A stretch of 64,000 nucleotides of DNA from positions 16,058,001 to 16,122,000 of the forward strand of contig CM022679.1 of NCBI GenBank assembly GCA_012295275.1, read 5' to 3'. The notes under the pieces were generated by a model. The model did not search any database. It was not told the DNA's origin and saw only the letters and a program-made list of their open reading frames with translations. Of the stretch, positions 1 through 13,656 are shown piece by piece; within the stretch, counting starts at the first letter, position 1; each line of letters opens with the position of its first letter. The translations under genes and the position numbers were made by a program. Source of the stretch: Chrysomallon squamiferum. Its lineage: Eukaryota; Animalia; Mollusca.

Positions 1-3000
1 CTTGTTATAAAGTTTCTGTTTTGTTATTAAATAAAAAAATGTTAAGTGAAATAACTTTTGTTTGTCTGCTGTTCGTTTATTTTTCACCTTTTTCATTATT
101 TTTTTATATTTTATTATGTTGTTTGTGTGTGTGTGTGTGTGTGTATTTGTTGTTGACTTTGTTGTATTTTTTTGTTGTCATTTCCAGATTCCTTGAAAAT
201 GTTTACCGCAAATGCAAATTACTTTTCTTTTGTCATTCTAAATCATATCAGTTATGAATGAAATGTACACTTGAGCAGAGTGAGGACAATTACAAGCAAA
301 CATTAAAATATATTTTTGATTCCTGCCTACAACCCCCAGTTTATCAAAACCCTTTAACATGTTCTTTCGTGTCTATGGGAAGGTTATATTTCTTGCTGCT
401 AACAGAAACAGATCGGTCTACAGCATGGTAACAACTTTCCTCACTGATTATCTTGGAACTTTTAGCTAACAAAGTTTAATTAATATTTTAAATATGTTGT
501 TACTTGCTTCTTCCTTTCATTAATTTAGTTTCAGAATATGATTAACATTTCTTGTCAAAACACATTTATGATATATATGCTGTGAGATATTCTGAAGATA
601 AATAAAAGGTAACAAATAAATACACAGATTGATAGTTTATTTAAAACTGAACATATAAAGGAAATTATATTTAATTAGAATATTTATGATCACCTAGGTT
701 ACTTCATCTAAATAAAATTAATTTAAGGTCTGAATTAATGAGCACACCAAAGACAAAGAAATATTTTGATTTTTGTACACAAATACAACCAAATGAAACA
801 AAAATTTCATTCCAAAATATATAAATACTTTTTAAACAGAATTTCAAGATTTTGAACAGGTGAAATAAAGTTTGTTGAATGCAGATAAAACAATAAGTAA
901 ATGTTAGTTTTATCAGAACGAGAACCTCATTTTATAATTTAATCATGGGAACAAACAAAAACACTTCCAATATTATTTTCTCTTTACATCAAACTTTGTT
1001 CACAAAGATGCATGGTCTGTAACTTTCTCTTTTCAAAGACATTATTTAACGCAGTGATACAAAAAACCATCATGGGACTGAAGTAAGCAAAATAAATAAA
1101 AAATAGAGCAACTTTGCTTTGATATACTCAGTCCATTAGGGCTTTTTGTTCCGTTTCTTTTGACCATTTCTGAAGTCAGTGTTAGCCTCTGTGCACATAA
1201 CTAACAAAAACAACAAGTAAATATGTTACATGGAATTATATGGAATAATACAACATTTGTGTCATTTGTATCACTGACTAAACTTTAAGGAGCTACTGAA
1301 ATCCAATCAACTGCAGTCTGCTGTTCAACAGTTGTAAATCAGTGATATCAATAAACTGAATATGTAACACCAGTTTGTAAGTTTACTGATGTTCCCTAAA
1401 ACAGTAATCTTCAAACAAAGGTCAGGCTTTTAACAATGATTTCCAGTCAAGTTTAAGAAATGTTTAATCAAGCAGGATATCTATCTTCTAATCACAAAGA
1501 AACTTTCAAACAACTGCAAACAACAGGATTGAAAAATTTATGAATGCAAACACCATTTTGTCCTTTTCAATTATTTGTTCTGAAATTTTTAAAATAAATA
1601 TAAATAATAATAATAAAACAGAATAATAATAATTAGCAAAGGCCAGAAGGAATGTCCACATTACATTAACTACCTGAATCAAACAGTCTCAACATCAAGA
1701 TTTTTAAAATACAAAACTAAAAAAAAAAAAACAACATATAAAGCATCTAATCTAACTACTGAAATATAATAAATTCTGAATACAAGAATGATCTTTTAAT
1801 TATTTATTAACAGAACATACATGTAAAGAAAAAAAAGAAAAGGAATTTTTTCAAATACAAGAGAGCAAACTTAATTAAGGTATTTTTTTCATTCAAGATT
1901 CAAAGTATATTTCTCTAAGTTCCAAAAGCAGTGGATTGTCCAGAAAGAGAACTGATTCACCACTCCAGATTCTCACCATTCATCTGTGGGAAAATGTCAT
2001 GGCTTTGTCCTTTCTTACACTAGTGTTGTCAGCCTTCATCCTTTTCCCACAGTTTATTTTGTTTTAACTCTGTTATGTTTTAATTTCTAAGGAAAATCAA
2101 CAAAACATATTTACTTTGTACATCATATACAAACAATTTGGATATAAAATATTCACACTGTCTACTGTACAAAAATAAGCATTATTATTATTACTGAAAA
2201 AAAAAAAAAAATGTCCTATCTGTACAACAACCTATAAAGCATTCTGGTATTCAAGTTTTGATGAAGACAATGAAAATAAGCTTTGTGCTAATTACAAAGT
2301 TTGCCTTAGATCATCATAAAAAATTAACTACTGACTTGGTTGTTTTTTTAATTTATAAAAATTGCATAAAACATGAGTGAAAATGTTTCTGCATACAAAT
2401 GCTAAAAACTAAAAATATGTTTCTTAATAAAAGATTCCATTAATATGTATGAAATAATTCTCTTGGGAAGAATTAAATTTTAGTTTTGTACTGCAGACAA
2501 TATTTTTATAATGCAAACAAGTAATCCAAAGTGGTTATTTTCCCGGCTTGTTATTTACCTGTGTTAATAATTATAATATAGATATTTGGTCAAAACAGGT
2601 TTTAATAATATTAGCAAGTTATTATGCTAACTTAAATGAATTTCAAAGTTAATTTTTTTATCTTGTCTTTTAACTTATTAAATCAAAATTTAAATCATTA
2701 TGATTTTTAAATTATTAAGGGATATTTATGATAAATAACAAAAATCCAGGAAAATATAGGCACACAAATGAGATATGCAGAACTACTGAAAACAAATGTC
2801 ATAACACATTGAACACCTGACAAAATACAACACTTTAGCCTTTGATGTTCAATCTGCAAATCAACTGCCATTCATTATGTTATAAATCTTTTTGAGTGAT
2901 ATTCAGCATATGTCTTCAAATTATTTAATAATACATCCCAATTTTTTTTTCACTATCACATCTGTCAGATTTTACACTTGTATTTGGCTGATCACTTCAT

Positions 3001-3974
3001 GCATTCCAGTGGTATTAAATATATCAAACACAGATTTTGCTTCATTCACTCTCTTGTACTGTGAACTTGTAATGTGTATTTACAGGTGAGGTCACACACC
3101 TTTTGTGGATGAAAGAGTCTTCGGTAGTCATACCTAGCTACTGAAGTAGCAAAACAAAGTCATGAGGTCACAAAGCTGATAATTAATGCTTTAAGATGCG
3201 ACTAATACTGTGCCCATGAAGCACATAATGCAAAATGTATACACAAACTAGTGTTGACAACAAGTTCAAATTTATTATAGAAGAAAATCCAGAAAGCATT
3301 TAATTCAACAACAAAATGAACTGTTAACAACTTGGTTATTTTCCCCAAAACACAAATTTGATTGGTGAAGTTAAGTCTGAAACATTTTTATATCAAGTAA
3401 ATAATTATCATAAAATAACTCATATACACTAGTATTGTTATTTCTCATCTTTAAATTATTCCCAATTTACAAATATCTTTTAGACAAATATTTCTTTTTA
3501 CTTTCAGTTTTATGGTTATTTCATTAAAGTAACAAACAAAATTTTTATTCTTGTTAATTCTTACTCTGTAATTTGACCACAAAACTCTATTCACAATAAA
3601 ATATATCCAACAATAATTCATCTAAATATAAAATTATTTGTATTTACAAATGGAATAAATAACAAATAATTTTAGTATAATGTGTTTACATGTGTGTGTG
3701 GGTGTGTATATGTAGATACACACATACATATACACACATACACACACACACACACACACACATGCATCCATGTACACTTGAATTTTATTTTTATTTTAAA
3801 TAATAATAAATAGAGGCAATAAATTAATAGGAAATATCTTTCAACAAGTTTAGTGAGTATCACTATAGGAAAAACCAGCTTGGAGCAGATTTCTTTGACT
3901 TTGACCTCAAGACTCCAGCTTGCTACTTCGAAGTTCAGTGTTCAATTTGACAGTTTGCCTAACATGACCAAATC

Positions 3975-5724
3975 TCAGTTGATGAAGTTGGCCAACCACC
4001 TGAAACCTTCGCCGTAGCCTTGTCTCTTTAACACACTGCACATGAACAACTCCATTGGTCGACCGGGAAGATCACTACGACTTACATTTGCCTGAAACAG
4101 AATTAACATTCAGTGAATAATCAGCTGTTGGTTTTTATCTTTTTTCTGAATACACTAATATAATAAAGTACTATGAATGATGAATCAATAAATTAGCAGC
4201 AGTAATAATGAGAATTATTATTAAAAATGTATCAAGGTGAAATGGATGAAACACTGAAAGCCATAAAATCAAAAACAGAAATACTGATGTACTGAACTGA
4301 AACAGTATCAATAATAAAGTCATTTTTCAGCAGAACAGAATTCAACAACATTCAATTTGAGCAAAATAAATGAAAATAAATAATAAAATATTTAAGAGAC
4401 CCAGAGTATTACAAAGAAAAGTTCTGATTGTAAATTAACATGTGAACATTTGAAATATTATAAAAACTGTGTCAGATCAGAATGATTGCAGATATTATTT
4501 ACATATATTTATTTATTAATAATTTTACCTTTCCAGTCATTCCATATATGTGAAGTATTATAAAACCAATGACAGAATGATTATAATCGGCAGATAAAAA
4601 TATTAACATATAGATTGATTTATTCATAATTTTACCTTTCCAGTTGTCATTCCATGAAGACCGAACATATGTCTTACTTCATCCTCACTGGCTGCTCCAG
4701 GTTTGTCTATCTTGTTTCCTAGAATCAACACAGGAGCATTTGCAACCTGTTCATCAGCTAACAAACTCTGAAACATATACATTATTCATTTCTATTATTT
4801 TAATTACAAAAACAAAATTGTATTGGGTGACAGACAATAAATAATTTCATTAAATTAGAGGATTAATGCAAGAACATTACTTAGATATTTCATTTTAAAA
4901 AGTTAAAAAGTTTAATATAAGTTTTTTTTATAATATAGTTTTTGCTTCTAATATCCACTGAATGGATTGTTTCATTATCATCTTCAAATATTATCCAGTC
5001 ATAATTGTTTACTCACATCTAATTCAACCTTTGCTTCAGGAAAGCGTTCCCTGTCAAAGGCATCAATGAGAAAGACAATCCCATCCACTGCAGGAAAGTA
5101 ATCTTTCCACACTCGGCGAGCTGTAAGAAAACATGTCAAAATATAACCTGTCTGAACACAATGATTTTATCTTTACACAAAAATTAGAAAAAAATCAACA
5201 ATTATCCATTACTGTCAACACACAATATAAGACCCAATTGTATAAATTACATACATTGATTCTAAAGTTATATGTTGTGTTCTTGGATTTCAAAATATAT
5301 AAAACCAAAATGCCAAGTTCAAATGAATTTTTTTTAAATATTTTAATAATACTAATAATAGAATTATCGATATCAATTATCTTAAATGAATTAAGTTTTA
5401 AAACTGACAGAACTATAAATAAGCCACTGACACAGATGTATCCAAACACTGTAATCATAATCATATGTATTAAAAATATGATACAAAAACAATAAACTAA
5501 AAATATAATCACCTTGTTTGTGTCCACCAAGATCAAATGTTGTAAACTTCATCCCACCCATGGAAAGTTCTTCTGATGCTAGAAAATAAAGTTTTTGTAA
5601 ACTTATGAATAATAATCATATTGACAAGCATATTTATATTATTTGTTTCTCATTTTGAGCTGACCTTGTAATTACTGCCTTTTTTTATATAATCAACGTT
5701 AAATTTAATTTACTGTGTGTGTGC

Positions 5725-5807
<83 letters not shown>

Positions 5808-7308
5808 TCAGAGACAGAGAGCAAGAACTAAATGTTTCAATCAAACTGTTGTAATGTAATGATCTATATTATTCAAATTAAAAGTGCCTGTTATATTCCT
5901 ATAAACTACAATCGTAACAGGATAATCTTTACTGTCTAAACACCTGTTACATGAAAATATGATACATAATGCTACAATCTGAAAGCATGCATCAAAGTGT
6001 CAATGTTAATGCCATGCAAGTGTCAGGATTACTTCAAGAATACATTAGTTCTACTTAATATAAATAAAACAATGCTTTTAACATGTTTATAGTGTAGACC
6101 CACTTAAATATAACAATGGGAAATATTAGCAGTTAAGATTCTACAAAACACAGCCTAACAGAATGTCACAGATGGCCACAAAATATGCTAATACAGTTCA
6201 TATTTGACATACTTTTGCTTATGTATCTATCAAATATTATTACTGTTAAATAGAGCAGATGATCACAGAATATACTGCATTCAGGAGAGAGTTAATTAAG
6301 ATCATGTGAAGGTTTCTATTTTATTATTTAAAGGGATGAGATAGTAATAACAAAAATGGTAATGCAAGTTAAAAACATAACATTCAAAATTAAAATAAAT
6401 TACATTTTAGAATTCAGTTAATATTCAGTGTGGCTCAGAAGTAATCCATCAGACAAAGGATTCATCTTTATTAGCAAAAGAAACAGGACATTTTGAAGAA
6501 AAAAAAAACAGTTACTACAATTAAAACACATTTTTAAATGATTTGTAATTTGTCTCTTATCTAAATATTTTCATGCACATACTTTTTTTCTTCTGTTTCT
6601 TTATAAAAACATGAATGTTCCGACTTGGTGGCTTTTCTGTTACTTCTAAGCCACTCTGTATGTCAGTAAACACTGATATATATATCAGGAAAGTATACAA
6701 AATTATAAACTCAAAAACATATTTAAAGTCTGGGCTTTTAATTTAATTTATGTGTCAGTCTGTTTTATTATTATTACTATTATTATATACACACAAACAC
6801 AAACATAATATATATGTGTGTTTTTTAATATTAATTTTTTGTTTCTTTATTTGTTTTTTAATTTATTTTATTTTATCTATTTATTTAATTTTTTTTAATA
6901 TTAATTTTTGTTGTTGTTGTTGTTATTCTTGTTGATGATGTCCCACTAATTTGAATTATCGTTATTTTCTTACTTGGGTGAAGTGTAGGGACATGTTGTG
7001 CCATTCTGTCATCTTTGAGCATGTGCAAAAGTGTTGTCTTTCCTGCATTATCAAGTCCCAGAAACACAAGCTTACCCGATTTTTTGTACAAACCTACAAA
7101 ATCAAACACATGCTGTTAAAACAAACAGGCAAATGCAAAAAAACAAACAAAAAAACCCAGCTCAGTAGGATTAAGAAAGAACTGGAACGAAGCAGCCTGT
7201 AAAATAACATTCTAAAAATTAACAATGTGGATAATGGACAATTCAAAACCAAAAGAAACTTCATCACAGGCTAGAGATAAATTAATACCTTGTTTTAAAA
7301 TTCACCTA

Positions 7309-7340
<32 letters not shown>

Positions 7341-7936
7341 GGCTTGTTTGATAAAAAATCAAGCAATTTTTATCTTTCACACAGAATGAAAAGTATCTTT
7401 CACACTAGAATGTATTAAAAATTATATCAATGCCTTTGATGAAGTTAGAGTTATTAGTGTTTAACTTTCAACAAGAATGTTGTGCTTATAAATCCTCGAA
7501 ATCCAGACAAAAGACATGTAACTAAAATTTAATGCCTCTCTATTAACTATTTCCTTTCTCTACACAAAGTCTTAAATCTTGAATTTAAAAGTTTTATAAG
7601 CACAAGTCTGGGTTTTATAATGCAAGGTAAATTTCAACAGGCTGATGATCAACTCGAGCCTGGTTACCACATACTGGGGTGAAGTGTTGGAACTGGCTGT
7701 ACCATATGACCTTCTTTAAGAACGCCTAACAAAGTTGTTTTGCCAGCATTGTCCAAACCCAGAAGTATCAGTTTTCCTGATCGTTTAGTCAATCCTTAAA
7801 TAACAGTCAACATGTAGTAATTACAGATATATATATTTTTTATATCATTAAGATTAACAGAAACATCAGTTTGATCCTTTGGATGACCAAATTTATATTT
7901 TGTTATTGATTATAAATAAATAATCTTTCATTCTTG

Positions 7937-7994
<58 letters not shown>

Positions 7995-8716
7995 TAAATA
8001 AAATTTACATGTAATATAATAATAAATAAATATATATGAATTTATGACTTTTCTCATGTGTATCTGCAAAATGTCCTAAAAAGTATTTTGTTAGTATAAA
8101 GAATTTTGTGTCAGCTGTGCTCTTCCCCTATTTAGAAGAAAGGTGTTTTTATATGTATCGATCCAAGAAACAAGAAAGCACATTATATATACTCTGTGGG
8201 GGGGGGATATTTTGTTTTATTTGTCTTAATATACATGTTTTACTTGATAAGCTAATATTTTTCATTCCTGAAATGGAAACAATACAAAATTTACAAAATG
8301 TGAAAAATAAAAACAGCATTTATTTTTAACTGGAATACCTATGGGTCTCTATGTATGTATGTCAGTATTTGTTTGTATGTATGTATATCATGATCTAAAA
8401 TAACCAAAGATAATAATAATAATAATATCTGAAATGATACAAGTTTTCTTTTAAGTGAAGGTGTTTATATAAAAAGTTCATAAGATGTTGAGGTTTTTGA
8501 GTTTTAACTTTTATCTGTACACTTATTACAGAAAGAATATTATCTAAATGTAATTGGTTATTTTTTTTTTTTTTGCCTTGAACCTTGATGACCAAGAATG
8601 TCTAAAAAATATATGTCATATAAATATTATCTGAATAAATATGAATTGAGAATGCTATTCAATCACAACTTACCAAGAAAATTCAGCATACTTGCAAACC
8701 ATTCCCATAGAAACAT
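3975..8716 (-). CDS. SAR1: Small GTPase Sar1 (COPII initiator), 193 aa, 6 coding exons plus one alternative exon
   Basis: Exons (minus) 8716-8674, 7093-6974 (or 7794-7675), 5578-5513, 5120-5017, 4767-4636, 4091-3975 are all GT-AG bounded and total 582 nt. Translation [93 protein letters not shown]...[11 protein letters not shown]...[23 protein letters not shown] has the G1, switch I, DLGG and NKID motifs of Sar1. A probable 5'UTR exon donor (GTAAGT) lies at 9302-9307. Confidence 0.97.
4451..4655. repeat. Degenerate tandem duplication (about 100 bp unit) spanning the SAR1 exon 5 donor
   Basis: 4451-4545 and 4551-4655 both read TGAAxTATTATAAAA...CAGAATGATT...GCAGATA...ATAATTTTACCTTTCCAG(TTG)TCATTCCAT. 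Confidence 0.75.
5727..5805. repeat. (GA)n/(GACA)n microsatellite
   Basis: Direct reading. Confidence 0.95.
6974..7093 (-). CDS. SAR1: SAR1 coding exon 2, canonical version (P-loop and switch I)
   Basis: 120 nt, phase 1/1, ttgtag|GT...CCA A|gtaag. Encodes (G)[39 protein letters not shown](T). Confidence 0.95.
7675..7794 (-). CDS. SAR1: SAR1 coding exon 2, divergent duplicate (candidate mutually exclusive exon)
   Basis: 120 nt, phase 1/1, tttaag|GA...CCC A|gtatgt, no stop or indel. Encodes (G)[39 protein letters not shown](T). Not in the supplied ORF track. Confidence 0.85.
7940..7991. repeat. (TA)n microsatellite
   Basis: Direct reading. Confidence 0.95.
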
Positions 8717-9307
8717 CTTTGCTGACTGATAGAAAAAAAAAAGAAGAAAAAAGACGTCTATAATTTATTAATTCAAAATATATAAATCCTAAATAAAAAT
8801 GTTATAAAGAAATAATGGAATCAAATACGAAATATTGCATATACAGATGTAGTTCAAATATAAGTATATTGAATTTGATAAAGAAATTCATAATAAATGT
8901 TACACTCTGATGTCTTAAATATACTTGTAAATGTTTCATCATTCCATTTAGTAACAGTCTTTTAAAAATTTTAATTATTATTACATTCACTTTCGATCTG
9001 GTATAAATGAAATGGCAAATTAAGATTTCAATTTTCTCTAAATGAAAAACAAATTAGTTTACATATAAATAATGTGAATAGTTACTAAATATATTAAAAA
9101 TAATTTCTTGAAAGTGAGTAATGATAGTGAAACGAAAGTCCGATTTCCTAGTAATATTAGAATTTACTGTTATTCATTCGGTCGCTAATAATAATACAAC
9201 TATGACTATTCAGCATGGAAAGTGTGATGAAAGTGAAAGAAAGTTGACACCTTACATTATAATTACGAAAAAGGATATTTAAAGTAAGCTAACGAAAATA
9301 TACTTAC

Positions 9308-9526
9308 GTTTTAAAGCTTACTGTTTGTACAATATAAATATGATTCAGAAATATCTTACAAAACGCAGAAGAACTTTTATTTAGGTCTACAAAATAATAC
9401 GTGACACAAGATGGCCGAGATCGATGACGTATGTCCGCATTTCTGAATACAATTTTCCATTGGATAATTCGGTTATGCCGACAAATCGAAAGGCATTTAA
9501 CAAAAGCCAACAGAATATTCTACAAC
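9308..9526. promoter_or_regulatory. Probable bidirectional promoter shared by SAR1 and MRPS24
   Basis: The SAR1 5'UTR donor (9302-9307, minus) and the MRPS24 ATG (9527, plus) are about 220 bp apart and divergent. Local CpG enrichment and a YY1-like CAAGATGGCCG at 9407-9417. Confidence 0.6.
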
Positions 9527-10916
9527 ATGGTTTCCGCAATATGTCAGGTGTGTTTAGATCATTTCAAAAACCTCTTAAACCAGTTTTTAGGATTACAGTT
9601 TTACCTGTCTTCTTTCTGATTTTACATTTTACGATAAATATAAAATAATAATCTAATTTTTTCAGCAGCAGTTTGTGCATAAACTAATCCTACGGCAAAG
9701 ACATTGTGATTATCGGGTATACATGGTGATGATGATATTAATAAAATAATAATTAGCGATGATTATTATTTGTAATTTCAACAATGTATTGTATTTATAT
9801 CGATAGACATAAGTTAACTGTACTGGGGTACCATATTCTATATTAATCATTTAATATACTGGATTTTAAAAAAAAAAGGAAAAGAAGGTAAAATGTATTG
9901 TCTGACCTTAGCACGAAAACGTGACCTGTCATTTATTTATTTTTATTTATTTAGCTTCTTGCTAAAACTAGTAATATTAATTTTAGAAAAATGTATTAAC
10001 TGTTGTTCCTGATCAGCCAGCAATTTACGGCAAGAAATTATTTGAACAATCACAAAAAGCTGTATTTAACTATGCTCATGTAATTACTTGATAATAATAA
10101 TATTTGACTTATTTATATTTATTTTTGAATTGTAATTTTTTATTTTGTATTTTTTTGTATTTTTTTTAGTCACGATGCCAGCTACTTTCAACAATAAAAC
10201 AGCTGATGAGTCGTGGGTTGGCAACAAGTCAGTGTGCTTGTAAAAATATCCGTTCAGGAGTTGTAAAGGCTACAACTAGGGGAGATAAGCCTCTCACTTA
10301 CGAGCAAGCACTGCCACCATATCAGATTGGAGTCCGGAAATCATGGAATTCATGGAATACTTGTAAGTTCATTTAACACTATCTGAAACATTGGTCTTAT
10401 AAACATTAATTTTAAAGAGTTGATTCCACAGACCATCAGTATTTATACACATAATTAATTTAGCTAACATTCTGTTATTTAATGACAACAGAAGCATGTT
10501 GTCAAGTGTTTAAAAGTACTAATAAATAAAATTTGTTATACTTCTTTTTTTTTTTCTTAAACAATTCTAGTAATCATTTATATGATTTAGAAAGATTATT
10601 ATCATCATTTAAATTCTTTTCTTTAGCAAACTTAGCTGGTGAAGGACGACAGGCAGAAACTGTTGTAGAAGACATGTTTATTAGAAGATTCATAATGGGT
10701 ACTTGGCACAGACTGTTTTGTTCTGAAGTAATCATAAAACGACGTCATAACATGATAATCATTGCTGGACTTGTTTTGCAGAACACTGCACCACGTAAAC
10801 TCTATTTCTTATGGGGTTACTCAGAAGAACTTCTGTCACATTACTTAAAATGTCCCGTTAAACTGGAAATTCAAACTGTTACAGATAGGAGAGATATAGC
10901 TTTTAAATACATTTGA
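9527..10916 (+). CDS. MRPS24: Mitochondrial small-subunit ribosomal protein uS3m (MRPS24), 167 aa, 3 coding exons
   Basis: Exons 9527-9547, 10170-10362, 10627-10916 (GT-AG, 504 nt). Translation has KPLTYEQALPPYQIGVRKSWNSWNTSNL and EDMFIRRFIMGTW...EVIIKRRHN...YFLWGYSEELLS...KCPVKLEIQTV, characteristic of MRPS24. AATAAA at 11048-11053. Exon 1 is less certain than exons 2-3. Confidence 0.92.
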
Positions 10917-13656
10917 TCCTTTGTTACAATTTCTGAAATATATTTACTGTTTAAACAGAAGACAGTAACTCTGTGTGATAGTGAATAATATTTAAGTACT
11001 TCAGTGGATGTTGACCTAACTCATACGTAACTGATTTTTTGTACAGTAATAAATTTTAGATAAAAATAATTAGCTGAATTCTTTTTTTTTTTTTTTTTTC
11101 TCCTTCCTATATTTAAAATTTAAATCTGTTCACAGTATTAAAGATGATGTGAAAATATGCAAGTTTTTTATATACAGACACCAACTTGTACTTTTTAATA
11201 ATTAACAAAGATTTTAAGAAATGAAAATTAATAAACAAAAATCACTTTTGATTTGATGGTTTTTATTATTTTCCTATTAACAATTTTGAAGTGCATCAAA
11301 AACCTGTTGAAAGTGTTGGATGCATATTATGTACATTTTTGTCAGTGGTAGCAGCATTTACAAAATGTGCTCAAGTGCTTAAGAAAAAGCACTTGAGCAA
11401 TTAAAAACATTTACACACATATTTACAATGATGGAAGCAACATGTACTACTTGTTTGGCATGTTAGAGCTAAAAAAAAAACCAAAAACAATACATGGCCT
11501 TAGCACATGATAAATTCAAGCATAACTTAAGATAAAACTAACAGAATTTGATAAAAGATATTTAGAAAAAGGACAAATCAGCACAATTAAGAACTGAATT
11601 TGCTTGCACTTGCAATATGGAATATCCAACTTAATTAATTTAGTCTTAATTTTCATCATCTACAAATCAGAAAGGTTTTATAAATCAAATATTTGTTCAT
11701 TACACTGTTTAAAACAAATGAACATAAACAAAATTTAACAAAAAAAACCCAAATATATCAGCAAAAATAAAAAATCATGATGATTTTTTTAGATTATTAA
11801 TTTTTAATTATTTTTGGGTAATAAAATAATGTAGCAACATACTAAAAAATTGTAATACTTGTGATGACAATACATAGTGTGTAGATAGAGATAACTATTT
11901 AAAACTTTACTTCTTAACTGATTACAACATGCCACTATTAAAACAGGTTGAGCGAATAATCAAACATACATGTATGAAGATAGGAATATATTAAATAAAT
12001 TTATCTGAACTAAACGAGGAATATGAACAGAACAATAAAACTGCAACATTTAACAACATTTTACATAAAATTAAACGGATACATACACCTATACCCTAAT
12101 AAGAGAAACAGTTTGTATTAAAAAGAAAAAAGGTTATGCTTACATCTTGCCCTATTAATGACATTTGTACAATAATTAAACAAAAACATAAAGATAGATA
12201 AACTAGAACAGTATTACAGGCAAAGAAAATATTCAGGCATATTATTTTATACATTTTCTCCATCATAACATAAACACATTGACAAAATTATGATAACTTA
12301 AAAATAAGATTTTAACTGCCAAAAGTTATTTTTATCTAGTTATTTAGGGTATTTGGCAGAACATATTTACAAATCCCGAACAGAGCAAAGCAAATTTATC
12401 ACTTTTATAAGCACTGCTCAAAAAATGTTTCATCAATTCATCAATTTATTAATACCAAAAAATAAAGATGCTAAAGTGCTTCATCAAATTAGGTATTTAC
12501 ATAGTTTTCAACTATATAAATTTTAGGTCGCTAGAACATACTGATTTACAACATAAAAAAATTTCCCCTTGTTCTTTTTAAAATAAAATAGGATCAGTGC
12601 TTTAGAAAATAAATAAATAAATAAAATCCTTGATCAAAAATTTAATTTAATTCAACATAGCAGTAATTTATTATAACCCAAACATTTTGTCTGGTATCTA
12701 AGATTACTGAAAACAATTTTGAAAATGAGTTTTATAAAATGGAAAAAGTTGTTTATATTTGAACTGTCCCTTTATTAATTATGACATCATAATGCAAGTA
12801 ATAAATTTACATTTCTACAAGTACTTTACACTTAAGAATCAGCCGTGCATCCAAACTCAGTTAAAAGTTTTCAAATTACTTTCCAAATGTTTTATTTCCA
12901 TACAATTTCATACACACCAAAATTTCATTCAACCACATCTCAATTTATCCTTTTTTGTTCTCATTCCCTCATCTACATAATTATTTTAATGATCAAGGAA
13001 CATGAATCACAAAATATTTTATTACCATATCCATAATTTACTTGTAATTTACAAACATCAGCACCAATCCTATGGGTTAAAACAACATGCACACATATAG
13101 GGCATAAAACCAAAATGTTACATTTAACATTAAAAACATTTATCTTTTTTTTTTTTTTTTTTTTTTTTGAGATCAGTTATTTGCAATCACTAAGCAAATG
13201 CTGACCATTTATTTATTTAAAACCAGATTAGTGTTCTTTTTTGTGGTTTTTTTTTTTATCTTGCCACATACTGATTATCAAAGATGAGTTTAACTTGCAT
13301 AATAATGAATTCATGCCAGCTATTGAGCTTTGGTAATTTAACAGTTTGACAGTTCTGCAGTTTCTCATCATTACTGGTATGAATGTCTTTTAAAACAGTG
13401 TTCAACAACCATTTTGGTTTTTATTGTTTTTAGGTTTATTTGCACTTGTTTGTCCTTTTTAGTTTGGAAACATATTAAATTTAAAAAAAATAACAACAAC
13501 ATTTTTATCTTTCAGGAAGATCACTACTTTCTAATGTTTATCAACAGGTTCCTTTGTGCTTTACTCATTTGCTATTCACTGACACAACACGACTGACACA
13601 ATCACAATGGTTTAGTCTGCTGTGATGGTCATGCAGCTGCTAGATGAACAGTTTGG

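Noticed and set aside
1-3974. Coding or RNA genes downstream of SAR1
   Set aside because: No exon-like frames found; consistent with a long SAR1 3'UTR or intergenic DNA whose end cannot be fixed.
7675-7794. Divergent SAR1-like exon as part of a separate gene or processed pseudogene
   Set aside because: Only this one exon is duplicated, it has intact phase-matched splice sites inside the SAR1 intron, and the P-loop changes are synonymous.
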